This document shows positions 40,524-50,011 of a DNA stretch of 64,000 nucleotides, piece after piece; position 1 is the first letter of the stretch; every line of letters begins with the position of its first letter. Origin of the DNA: Nitrospirota bacterium (GTDB lineage: Bacteria > Nitrospirota > Nitrospiria > Nitrospirales > Nitrospiraceae); assembly GCA_963703955.1 (NCBI GenBank), contig CAVPGK010000012.1, forward strand, positions 96,001 through 160,000. The letters are read 5' to 3'. The notes below the pieces were generated by a model. That model was not told the origin of the DNA. It saw only the letters and a program-made list of their open reading frames with translations, and made no database searches. The position numbers were made by a program, and so were the translations under genes.

Positions 40524-43500
40524 GGGCCACCATATCCTTCCGGGCCCGTCCCTTGGCCACCGCGGCTTTGCTCTCAGCCAGCACCCGCTTGTAATCGATC
40601 GGCATGACCTTCACGAATTTCGGCAGCATTGTCTTCCAGTGATCGAGCACTGTCTTCGCCTTGCGACTCCCCGTATATTGGAGATGAGACTCGATCAGTT
40701 CCGCAAGAGCGTTCTTGTCCTTCGGCAGTGGAGACCTTTTCCAGTTCGACCATCCCCAGGTTGCAGCGTTGTTCGAACTTGCCGTCCTCGTTGAAAACAA
40801 ACGCGATGCCGCCTGACATCCCGGCCGCGAAATTGCGCCCGGTCTTGCCGAGGACGACGACCACGACTCCGCCCGTCATGTATTCGCAGCCGTGATCGCC
40901 GGTGCCTTCGATGACCGCGCGCACGCCCGCTGTTGCGAACCGCGAACCGTTCGCCTGCCATGCCGTAGAAGTAGGCCTCACCTTGCGTCGCACCGTACAG
41001 TGAGGTGTTGCCGATCAGAATGGTGTCCTCGGGGACTGAATGTGGAGCCCTTCGGCGGGTACCACGATGATCCTTCCGCCGGAGAGCCCCTTGCCCAGGT
41101 AGTCGTTGGACTCTCCTTCCAGGGTCAGCGTGACGCCTCTGGCGAGAAACGCGCCGAACGACTGACCTGCGGATCCGGTGAACTTGATGTGATCGTATCC
41201 GACGGGAGCCCCTCGAGCCCATACCGCTCTGGCAATATGACTGGACAGGACTGTCCCCACTGGTGCGGTTGATATTGCGGATCGGTAGATCCAGCCGCCA
41301 CCGGCTTTGGCCTCGGTCAAGGGCCGATCGCGCAGAGTTCGACAAGCTTATAATCCAGAGCCTCGTGCCAGACCGTGGTCCTGCTTCTCGACGCAGTGCG
41401 TGGCGACCTCGGGGCCGACGTTCGGCTGTGCAGGAGCGGAGACAGATCCAGTCCCTTCGCCTTCCAGTGATCGACGGCCTTCTGCGCCTTGAGTTTGTCG
41501 ACACGCCCGATCATCTCGTCGAGTTTACGGAAGCCTAGTCGTGGCCATCAGCTCGCGCACTTCTTCGGCGACAAAAAAGAAATAGTTGACGACGTGCTCC
41601 GGCTGGCCGGTGAACTTCTTTCGCGAGGACAGGGTCCTGCGTGGCGATGCCGACCGGGCAGGTGTTCAGATGGCATTTGCGCATCATGATGCAGCCTTCA
41701 ACGATCAGCGGCGCGGTCGAAAAGCCGAATTCCTCGGCGCCGAGGAGCGCGGCGATGACCACGTCGCGGCCGGTCTTCATCTGCCCGTCGGTCTCGACGC
41801 GGATGCGCCCGCGCAGATTATTCAGGACCAGGGTCTGCTGCGTTTCGGCCAAGTCCCAACTCCCACGGAATGCCGGCATACTTGATGGAGGAGAGCGGAG
41901 AAGCGCCGGTCCCGCCGGAGTCGCCGCTGATCAGAATCTTGTCGGCATGGGCTTTGGCCACGCCGGCGGCCACCGTCCCGACGCCGACTTCGGCCACGAG
42001 CTTCACCGAGATGTCCGCCTCGGGGTTCGCGTTCTTCAGGTCAAAGATCAGCTGGGCCAGGTCTTCGATCGAATAGATGTCGTGATGAGGCGGCGGTGAG
42101 ATGAGCTGAACGCCGGGAGTCGAATACCGGAGTCGGGCGATGGTCTCGTCCACCTTGTGGCCGGGCAGTTGTCCGCCCTCGCCCGGCTTGGCGCCCTGGG
42201 CCATCTTGATCTGGAGTTCCCTCGCGTTGACCAGGTAATGAGTCGTGACGCCGAAGCGGGCCGAGGCGACCTGCTTGATCGCGCTGTTCTTGGAATCGCC
42301 GTTGGGCAGGGGAATGAAGCGCTCCGGGTCCTCGCCGCCTTCGCCCGTGTTGCTTTTGCCGCCGATCCGGTTCATCGCGATCGCCAGCGTTTCGTGGGCC
42401 TCTTTGCTGATGCGCGCCGAACGACATCGCCCCGGTGGTGAACCGCTTGACGATCTCGGTGCCGGCTCGACCTCGTCGAGCGGAATCGGTGTTCGGCGAA
42501 CCGTGAAGCTCGAGCAGTCCCGCGCAGATTCGGACGCGACGCTTGCTCTCGTCGTTGACCAATGCCGCAAATTCCTTGTAGGTCTTCGGGTCGTTCGCTT
42601 GGGCGGCGTGCTGGAGCTTCGAAGATCGTCTCCGGGTTCCAGTTGTGGTGCTCGCCCTGGACGCGGTAATGGAATTCCCCGCCGAAGTCGAGCTGCCGGA
42701 TCGGAGCCGGATCGATAGGCCATCGCGTGACGGCGCAGGGTCTCCTCGCCGATCTCGTCGATCCCGATCCCCTCGATGCGGGACGGCGTGCCGGTGAAGT
42801 AGCGGTCGATCAGATCATGGTTCAGCCCGATCGCCTCGAAGATCTGCGCGCCGCAGTAGGACTGCACCGTGGAGATGCCCATCTTCGAAAAGATCTTCAG
42901 CAGACCCTTGTTGATGGCCTTGATGAACTTCGACCTCGGCCGTGGCGGCATCGACGCCTTCGGGCAGGTATCCTTCTCGCTCCATGTCGATCAGCGTCTC
43001 GAACACCAGATACGGATTGATGGTTCCGGCGCCGTAGCCGATCAAGGCGGCGAAATGATGGACATCGCGTGGCTCCCCGGTTTCGACGATCAGTCCCACT
43101 TCCGTGCGCGTGCACTCACGGATGAGATGGTGGTGTACGGCCGAGATGCCGAGCAGGCTCGGAATCGGCGCCCATTCTTCATTGACGCCTCGGTCGCTGA
43201 GGATCAGGAACTTATAGCCGTCCTTGATGGCCTCGGAGGCCTGCCGGCAGAGTTCATCGACGGCCGCCTTCAACCCGTCCGGTCCTTCGGCCACGCGGAA
43301 CAGCATCCGCAGGGTCTTGCTCTTGAAATGCGGATCGGCGATCACGCGGATTTTTTCGAGATCCGCATTGGTCAGGATCGGCTGCTGCACCTTGATCCGG
43401 CGGCAGGATTCCGGCGCTCTCTTCCATGACGTTCGGCTTCGGACCGATGTTCGTCACAAGCGACATCACCAATTGCTCGCGGATCGGATCGATCGGCGGG

Positions 43501-45083
43501 TTGGTGACCTGCGCGAAGAGTTGCTTGAAGTACTTGAACAGGAGCTGAGGCCGATCGGATAGCACCGCGAGCGGAGTATCGGTCCCCATGGACGAGACCG
43601 GTTCCTCGCCTGTCACGACCATCGGGGTGACGACCATCTTCAGCTCTTCGACCGTGTAGCCGAACGCTTGCTGGCGCTGGCGGATCGTCGGATGATCCGG
43701 CTGCGGTACGTTGAGCGGTTCCGGCAGCTCATCAAGGGACATGCCATACTGCCTGACCCACGCTCCGTAGGGCTTCTGCTTGACGATTTCGGCCTTGATC
43801 TCCTCGTCATCGATGATCCGGCCCTGGACCGTGTCCACAAGGAACATGCGCCCGGGTTGGAGGCGGCCTTTTTGGCGGATGCTTTGAACATCAGCCGGCA
43901 GCACCCCGGCCTCGGACGCAAGCACCACGAGATCGTCGGTCGTCACCTGATATCGACAGGGACGTAGGCCGTTCCGATCGAGCGTCGCACCGATGAGCTT
44001 GCCGTCGGTAAAACAGACGGCCGCCGGACCATCCCACGGCTCCATCATCGCCGCGTGGTACTGGTAGAATCCGCGCCGTTGCAAGTCCATCTGCGGATTG
44101 GCGACCCAAGGCTCTGGAATCAACATCATCATGGCGTGCGGCAGCGAACGGCCACCAAGTACGAGAAACTCGAGCGCATTATCGAGGCAGGCCGAATCGC
44201 TCTGCCGGTCATAGACGATCGGAAAGAGCTTCGGGATATCGTCACCGAACAGGTCGGACTGCAGACGGCCCTGCCGCGCCCGCATCCAGTTGACGTTGCC
44301 CTTCAGCGTATTAATCTCGCCGTTGTGGCAGATGTACCGGTACGGATGCGCCAGCGGCCAGGTGGGAAAGGTGTTGGTGCTGAACCGCGAATGGACGAGG
44401 GCCAGCGCGCTGGTCACACTGGATTCTTTGAGATCCAGATAGTACGCCGACATCTGGCTCGGCAGCAGCAATCCCTTGTAGACGATGGTCTGGCCGGACA
44501 GGCTGGGAATGTAGAAATGCTCGCGCCCTTCGATGGCCGATTCGCGGACGGCCCGCTCGGCGCGCTTGCGGATTACGTAGAGCTTTCTTTCGAACTGGTC
44601 TTCATTCAGGATATCGCGGGCGATGAAGAGTTGCCGAATGACCGGTTCCGTCCGGCGAGCCTGTACACCGATCGCGTCGCTGTTGACCGGCACGTCCCGC
44701 CATCCGAGAAACCGGGCCCGTTCTTCGGCAACCACTTTTTCCAGGAGCGTCTCGCACGATTTTCGCTGAGCCGTGTCCCTGGGCAGGAACGCCATGCCGA
44801 CGCCGTACTCTCCCGCATTTGGCAATTTGACGCGCACACTCGCCGCCGCGCGCTTGAGAAAGTCATGTGGAACCTGAAAGAGAATACCGGCACCGTCCCC
44901 TGTACAGGGATCGCATCCTTGGGCGCCGCGATGGAACAGATTCTCCAACACCTGGAGACCTTGCTGGACGATGCGGTGGGACTTTCGGCCTTGAATATTG
45001 ACCACAAAGCCGATGCCGCAGTTGTCCTTTTCAAATTGAGGGTCGTAGAGTCCCTGTTTCGGAGGAAGGCCCGGAACGTCCAT
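40516..45083 (-). CDS. gltB: Glutamate synthase large subunit, many frameshifts in the 3' half
   Basis: [59 protein letters not shown]. Confidence 0.95.
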
Positions 45084-45164
45084 CTCGCACCTGTTCAACT
45101 AGTTGTGAAACCGACGGTTTCGGCCGAACGAAATCGGAGAGGAAGACCGCGTCGTTGAACGGTC

Positions 45165-45194
45165 ACGATACTGGATGCCGCCTTCTTCTGTCAA
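45165..45194 (-). promoter_or_regulatory. Possible sigma70 promoter of gltBD
   Basis: TTGACA, 18 nt, TATCGT. Confidence 0.45.
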
Positions 45195-45235
45195 CAAGAA
45201 GAGTACCATTCGGGGCAGACGCTCCTTTTCCTTTT

Positions 45236-45630
45236 TCACTCACCCACCTCGCGCCTCTGTAGCCGCGAAGTCACGGCTGAGCGGCGTTCAAATAGCGCCC
45301 TGTTCACTATTCTCACCCGCCGCGCCGGGCGATTAATGTCACCCGCTATTTCACCCTCCCAATCCCCATCCGCGCCGAGACGCAGCTTCTTCCCATGGCC
45401 CGAGCTGGCCAAGACCAGCTCTCTTGCCAATTTCACCCACCCGGCCCCAAGCGTCATTCCCCCACCCACCCCACGCCTGCCAAGACAGGCTCTTTGACCG
45501 TGGGACGCGCTCCTTCCCGAAGGACGCGCCCTTTTCTTTTTTCACCCGCCCACCCCGGGCGCCATTCTCACCCACCCACCCCGAGCTGGCCAAGACCAGC
45601 TCTCTTCCCGTGGCACGCGCCCTTTGCCCG
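45236..45630 (+). repeat. Mosaic array of CCAAGA-hairpin repeats (array 2)
   Basis: Repeated tcaccc(g/a)ccc leaders; hairpins at 45372 (CCGAGA loop), 45402, 45475 and 45583. Confidence 0.88.
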
Positions 45631-45635
45631 GTAGC

Positions 45636-45665
45636 TTGACATTAAAGTCGCGGCTGACCTAGTAT
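45636..45665 (+). promoter_or_regulatory. Sigma70-like promoter of ispB
   Basis: TTGACA (45636), 18 nt, TAGTAT (45660). Confidence 0.6.
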
Positions 45666-45671
45666 CCCCGC

Positions 45672-46676
45672 ATGCAAGAAGGACCGATGACCTCTTCCAT
45701 TCAGACCATGGCGGACGTCTGGGACGCCTATCGTGGGGAACTGGAAGGGGTCGAAGATCAGGTCCGAAAAAATCTCGATTCCTCAGTGGCGCTGGTCAAC
45801 ACCGTAGCCGCCCACATCCTCAGCAGCGGAGGCAAGCGTATTCGCCCCTTGCTGCTGCTCCTCTCAGCCCGTCTCTGCGGTTACTCCGGGCAGGAAGATT
45901 TGCTCCTGGGAAGCCTCGTCGAGTTTATCCACACTGCCACGCTTCTCCATGATGATGTGGTCGACGAGGCAGATCTTCGGCGCGGCCGGCGGACCGCCCG
46001 GAGGGTGTGGGGAAACCAGATCAGCATCCTGGTCGGTGATTATCTCTATTCGAAAGCCATCTGCCAAATCGTGGGGTTTCGGAGCCAAGGCATCAATGAA
46101 GTCCTGTCGGAAGCCTGTCGAAAGATGGCGGAAGGTGAGGTTCTCCAACTCTATTACAACGGCAATCCTTCGATCACGGAAGCCGAATACCTTCGCATCA
46201 TCGAACACAAGACGGCGGGATTGATCGCCGCCTCCTGTCGAATCGGTGCCATCATCGCGAACGCCTCCCCCGACAGGCAGACCGCCCTCTTCCGCTTCGG
46301 ACAACACATCGGCGTCGCGTTTCAGTTGGTCGACGATACCCTTGACTACGTCGCCAATGGGGATCGACTTGGAAAGACTCTCGGGCAGGACCTCCGACAG
46401 GGAAAGGCCACGCTTCCGCTCCTGCATCTCCTGCACCATTGTTCGGACTACGACAAGCAGATGATCAAAGACCGCATGGAGACCCGCACACTGACCGAAG
46501 CGGATCTTCTGCGGATCATCAACCTGATGCAGGAGTATGGGTCCATCAGCTACGCCATGGAGCGTGCCCGAACGTTTGTGCTTGCGGCCAACCTGGCTCT
46601 TGCCTCATTCGTGGAGTCTTCGCCGAAGAGAGCCCTCACCATTGTGGCAGACTATATGGTCAATCGGGACCGTTGA
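45672..46676 (+). CDS. ispB: Polyprenyl (octaprenyl-type) diphosphate synthase
   Basis: GGKRIRP, LLHDDVVD..RRG, FQLVDD..D, GK.TLP. Confidence 0.92.
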   Translation: MQEGPMTSSIQTMADVWDAYRGELEGVEDQVRKNLDSSVALVNTVAAHILSSGGKRIRPLLLLLSARLCGYSGQEDLLLGSLVEFIHTATLLHDDVVDEADLRRGRRTARRVWGNQISILVGDYLYSKAICQIVGFRSQGINEVLSEACRKMAEGEVLQLYYNGNPSITEAEYLRIIEHKTAGLIAASCRIGAIIANASPDRQTALFRFGQHIGVAFQLVDDTLDYVANGDRLGKTLGQDLRQGKATLPLLHLLHHCSDYDKQMIKDRMETRTLTEADLLRIINLMQEYGSISYAMERARTFVLAANLALASFVESSPKRALTIVADYMVNRDR

Positions 46677-46680
46677 CTTC

Positions 46681-46805
46681 GCAGGCCGCTGAAAATGGTC
46701 CCCAACTTCGTTCTCAGTCGCGCGTCCCCCTCAACGTACGTGCCCTGTACGCCTCGGGGTCCACGCTCTCTGCGGCCTCGCTGCGAATCATTTTGAGCGG
46801 CGTGC
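46681..46805. mobile_element. 125-bp MITE-like element with terminal inverted repeats
   Basis: Left end gcaggccgctgaaaatggt vs reverse complement of the right end gcacgccgctcaaaatgat (16/19 match); no ORF. Confidence 0.7.
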
Positions 46806-46850
46806 CAAGGGATAGCCATCCGATTTGTTTCTCCAACTCCATGGGGCATC

Positions 46851-48194
46851 ATGGCGAATCTGATTCCATTCCGAGGCGTGCTGTACGATGCGGCGGTGGT
46901 GAAGGACATTGCAAACGTGGTGGCCCCTCCCTACGACGTGATCGATTCCGACTATCAACACACCTTGCATGCGCGCCATCCGTACAATGTCATCCGTCTC
47001 GAGCTGGGGTTGGATCAGCCGAATGACGGACCGTCGCACAATCGGTACACGCGTGCTGCGGATCTGCTGAGTGCCTGGATGAAGAGCGGGGCGCTCCGGC
47101 GCGATGCCGAGCCGGCCATATACCTCTACACCATCGAGTACCGGCCGCCGTCCACGGGAAAGGAGTCCGACCAGACCTCCACGAAGACTCTCAAAGGTTT
47201 TCTCTGCACTGTCGAATTGGAAGAGTTCGGGACCGGCCGCATATTTCCTCACGAGAACACCCGGTCCGCAGCCAAGGCCGACCGTCTGGAACTGCTCAAG
47301 GCCTGCCGTTCCAATTTCAGCCCGATCTTTTCGCTCTTTTCGGACCCCGAAGGAACCGTCTTGCGATTATTGGAGAAATCGATCAATGCCGATAAGCCCC
47401 ATATCGATTTTCGCGACGACTCCGCATTTCGTCAGCGGCTCTGGGCCATCACCGACCCGCAGGTACTTCGCGAGATCGTCGCCGCCATGAAGCCGAAGCC
47501 GCTCTTCATCGCCGACGGCCATCATCGGTATGAAACCGCCCTCGCGTATCGAAAGCTGAGACGGGACGACCCCGGCGGAGAGATAAGTTCAAGCGGAAGT
47601 CCCCGGCCCTATGACCAGGTGCTCATGCTGTTTGCAAGTCTCGAAGATCCCGGACTGACTGTCCTGCCGACGCACCGCGTGCTCTCCGCGCCCATACCGG
47701 CGGTCAGTGATATCAAGCAACATCTGCGCGACCCGTTCGAGACCGAGGAATTTGCCTTTGACGGTCGGTCGGAGGCACAGACGCGCGCGCGCTTTCTCAA
47801 AAGTCTGCGGCTTCAAGGACAGACTGGACCGGCCTTCGGCCTCGCGGTGCGAGGGACGGACGCGTACTTTGTGTTGGCCTTGCGCCCCAGTCACCGACCG
47901 AAGGCGGGGGCGTCCGAGCGAGACAAGTTGGACGTCTCCATCCTGCAAGCCCAGGTTCTTCAAACGCTCTGCCCGACGCCGGCCGAGCAGGAAGCGATTG
48001 TCTATACCAAGGACGACGATGAAGCCCTCGACCTTGTACGACGCGGTAACGCACAGGCTGCGTTGCTGCTCAATCCGACGAAGGTCAGCGAAGTCCGGGC
48101 GGTCGCGGCCTCCGGCGGCAGAATGCCGCATAAGTCCACATATTTCTTTCCCAAGCCGCTCACGGGGCTGGTGTTGAATGTCATGGAAGCGTGA
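46851..48194 (+). CDS. DUF1015 family protein
   Basis: PFRG, APPYDVI, PHENT, IADGHHRYETA, PTHR, MPHKSTYFFPK. Confidence 0.9.
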   Translation: MANLIPFRGVLYDAAVVKDIANVVAPPYDVIDSDYQHTLHARHPYNVIRLELGLDQPNDGPSHNRYTRAADLLSAWMKSGALRRDAEPAIYLYTIEYRPPSTGKESDQTSTKTLKGFLCTVELEEFGTGRIFPHENTRSAAKADRLELLKACRSNFSPIFSLFSDPEGTVLRLLEKSINADKPHIDFRDDSAFRQRLWAITDPQVLREIVAAMKPKPLFIADGHHRYETALAYRKLRRDDPGGEISSSGSPRPYDQVLMLFASLEDPGLTVLPTHRVLSAPIPAVSDIKQHLRDPFETEEFAFDGRSEAQTRARFLKSLRLQGQTGPAFGLAVRGTDAYFVLALRPSHRPKAGASERDKLDVSILQAQVLQTLCPTPAEQEAIVYTKDDDEALDLVRRGNAQAALLLNPTKVSEVRAVAASGGRMPHKSTYFFPKPLTGLVLNVMEA

Positions 48195-48218
48195 CGAGAA
48201 GGGGTGAGGAGTAGCGCC

Positions 48219-49616
48219 ATGAAGCAGAAAATTCTCGTGGTGGACGACGATCCTGATATCGTCATGACGCTCACAGATCGTCTCAACTCCCTCGACTACG
48301 ACACCTTGACCGCAAGCGACGGGATGGCGGCCCTGCAGACGATCGAGCGTGAGACTCCCAGCCTGATGCTCCTGGATCTGGAAATGCCGCGGCTGTCGGG
48401 GCTCGAACTCTTGAAGAAACTCTCACAGGGGAGACAGAGTGCCCGCGATGGGTACGATCTTCCCGTCATTGTGATGACCGCGCACGGAACCATCGGCAAA
48501 GCGGTGGAAGCGATGAAGGAGGGCGCTCATGACTTCTTGACCAAGCCCTTCGATGTGGACCACTTATCGATCACGATCAAGAAGGCGCTGGAGCGGGAAT
48601 CCCTCAAACGCCATGTGGCCATTCTGCGCACGGAGGTCGAGACACGATACGCGACTATTATCGGCAAGAGCGCGAAGACCCAGTCCATGATCGAGTTAGC
48701 GCGACGGGCGGCCAATTCCGACGCCAGCGTCCTGCTGTTGGGAGAAAGCGGAACCGGAAAGGAGCTGTTTGCGCGCTCCATCCACCAGTGGAGCCCCCGA
48801 CACACCGCGCCGTTCGTCGTCATTAACTGCGTGGCCCTCACGGACACCTTGCTGGAAAACGAGCTCTTCGGGCACGAGAAGGGCGCGTTCACGGGCGCGG
48901 ACCGTCTGGAAAAAGGCAAGATCGAGATGGCGGACGGCGGCACGATTTTTTTGGACGAGATCGGGGACATGCCGCAAGGCTTGCAGGCGAAACTGCTGCG
49001 CATCCTACAGGATCATGAATTCACGAGGGTCGGGGGAACCCGCCTGGTGCGGGTCAACATCCGCGTAATCGCCGCCACCAATAGGGACCTGAAACAAGCC
49101 GTGAAGGCGGGAGCCTTTCGCGAAGATCTCTACTTCCGCCTCAATGTGGTCAACATCACGCTGCCTCCGCTTCGGGAACGGGCCGACGATATCCCGCAAC
49201 TAGCCGAGTTCTTCCTGAAACGGCACGCTCACGACGCCAAGAGACCTCATGTATCCCTCACGCCGGACGCGATGGAGGCGTTGAGCCGCTATCCCTGGCC
49301 GGGGAATATTCGTGAGCTGGATAACATCCTCGCGCGCGCCGTGATCCTGAGCCCCCACGATGAGATCGGAGTCGAACAGTTACCGCTCGCGACGGCTGAG
49401 ATGGCTGCGGACGGGGAGTCGGTAGCAGGATCTCAGCAACTGCCTTACCATGAGTCGATGGAGCAATACAGCCGCATGATCATCTTGCGGGCGCTCCGAA
49501 TCGCCAACGGCAGCCAAACCAAGGCGGCCGAGCAGCTCCAACTCCAGCGCACCTACCTGGCCCGCCTGATCCGGCAGAAGAAAATCGACGTCGAACCCGA
49601 ACCTCCAACCGGCTAA
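48219..49616 (+). CDS. Sigma54-dependent response regulator (NtrC/AtoC family)
   Basis: Receiver domain VVDDD/DLEMP, GESGTGKE, GAFTGA, LDEIG, C-terminal Fis HTH. Confidence 0.95.
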   Translation: MKQKILVVDDDPDIVMTLTDRLNSLDYDTLTASDGMAALQTIERETPSLMLLDLEMPRLSGLELLKKLSQGRQSARDGYDLPVIVMTAHGTIGKAVEAMKEGAHDFLTKPFDVDHLSITIKKALERESLKRHVAILRTEVETRYATIIGKSAKTQSMIELARRAANSDASVLLLGESGTGKELFARSIHQWSPRHTAPFVVINCVALTDTLLENELFGHEKGAFTGADRLEKGKIEMADGGTIFLDEIGDMPQGLQAKLLRILQDHEFTRVGGTRLVRVNIRVIAATNRDLKQAVKAGAFREDLYFRLNVVNITLPPLRERADDIPQLAEFFLKRHAHDAKRPHVSLTPDAMEALSRYPWPGNIRELDNILARAVILSPHDEIGVEQLPLATAEMAADGESVAGSQQLPYHESMEQYSRMIILRALRIANGSQTKAAEQLQLQRTYLARLIRQKKIDVEPEPPTG

Positions 49617-49687
49617 GAATGTGCCTGCCGGGGGCGTTCTCAGTGCGTGCGAGATACGAGAACTCCTCCGCTGCCCATTCTTTCCGG

Positions 49688-49938
49688 CTAGTATTGCTGC
49701 CTACTCGTGCGATGCTGCCGGCATTCCTCTGGCGTCAATTGCCGAGCCGCTGCTTGGCTAATTCGAGAAGCTCGTCAAGAGACCCGCACAGTTCACACCG
49801 AAACACCCGCGCCGTCCGATCGTCACTCGCCGTCACCACCCAGCGCCCATCCGGACTGAATGCCGCCCGCCTCACGCCGCCGGTGTGGCCGCGCAGCACC
49901 GCGACCTCCTTCCCCGTGGCCGCCTCTCACACTCGTGC
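49688..49938 (-). pseudogene. Remnant of the C-terminus of a WD40-repeat protein
   Basis: [45 protein letters not shown], then a frameshifted RQLTPEECRQ tail. Confidence 0.8.
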
Positions 49939-50011
49939 GCATTATAGGCTCTTGACTGGGTTGATTTTGGCCTTGGCCATGTTAGTAAGATAGGATAGCT
50001 GGGGTGGAAGC

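Noticed and set aside
49927..49929. TGA recoding (Trp or Sec) in the WD40 fragment
   Set aside because: TGA is used as a normal stop in many genes here, and the fragment is also truncated and frameshifted.
49940..50011. CueR or CsoR operator upstream of copA
   Set aside because: No convincing palindrome matching either consensus.
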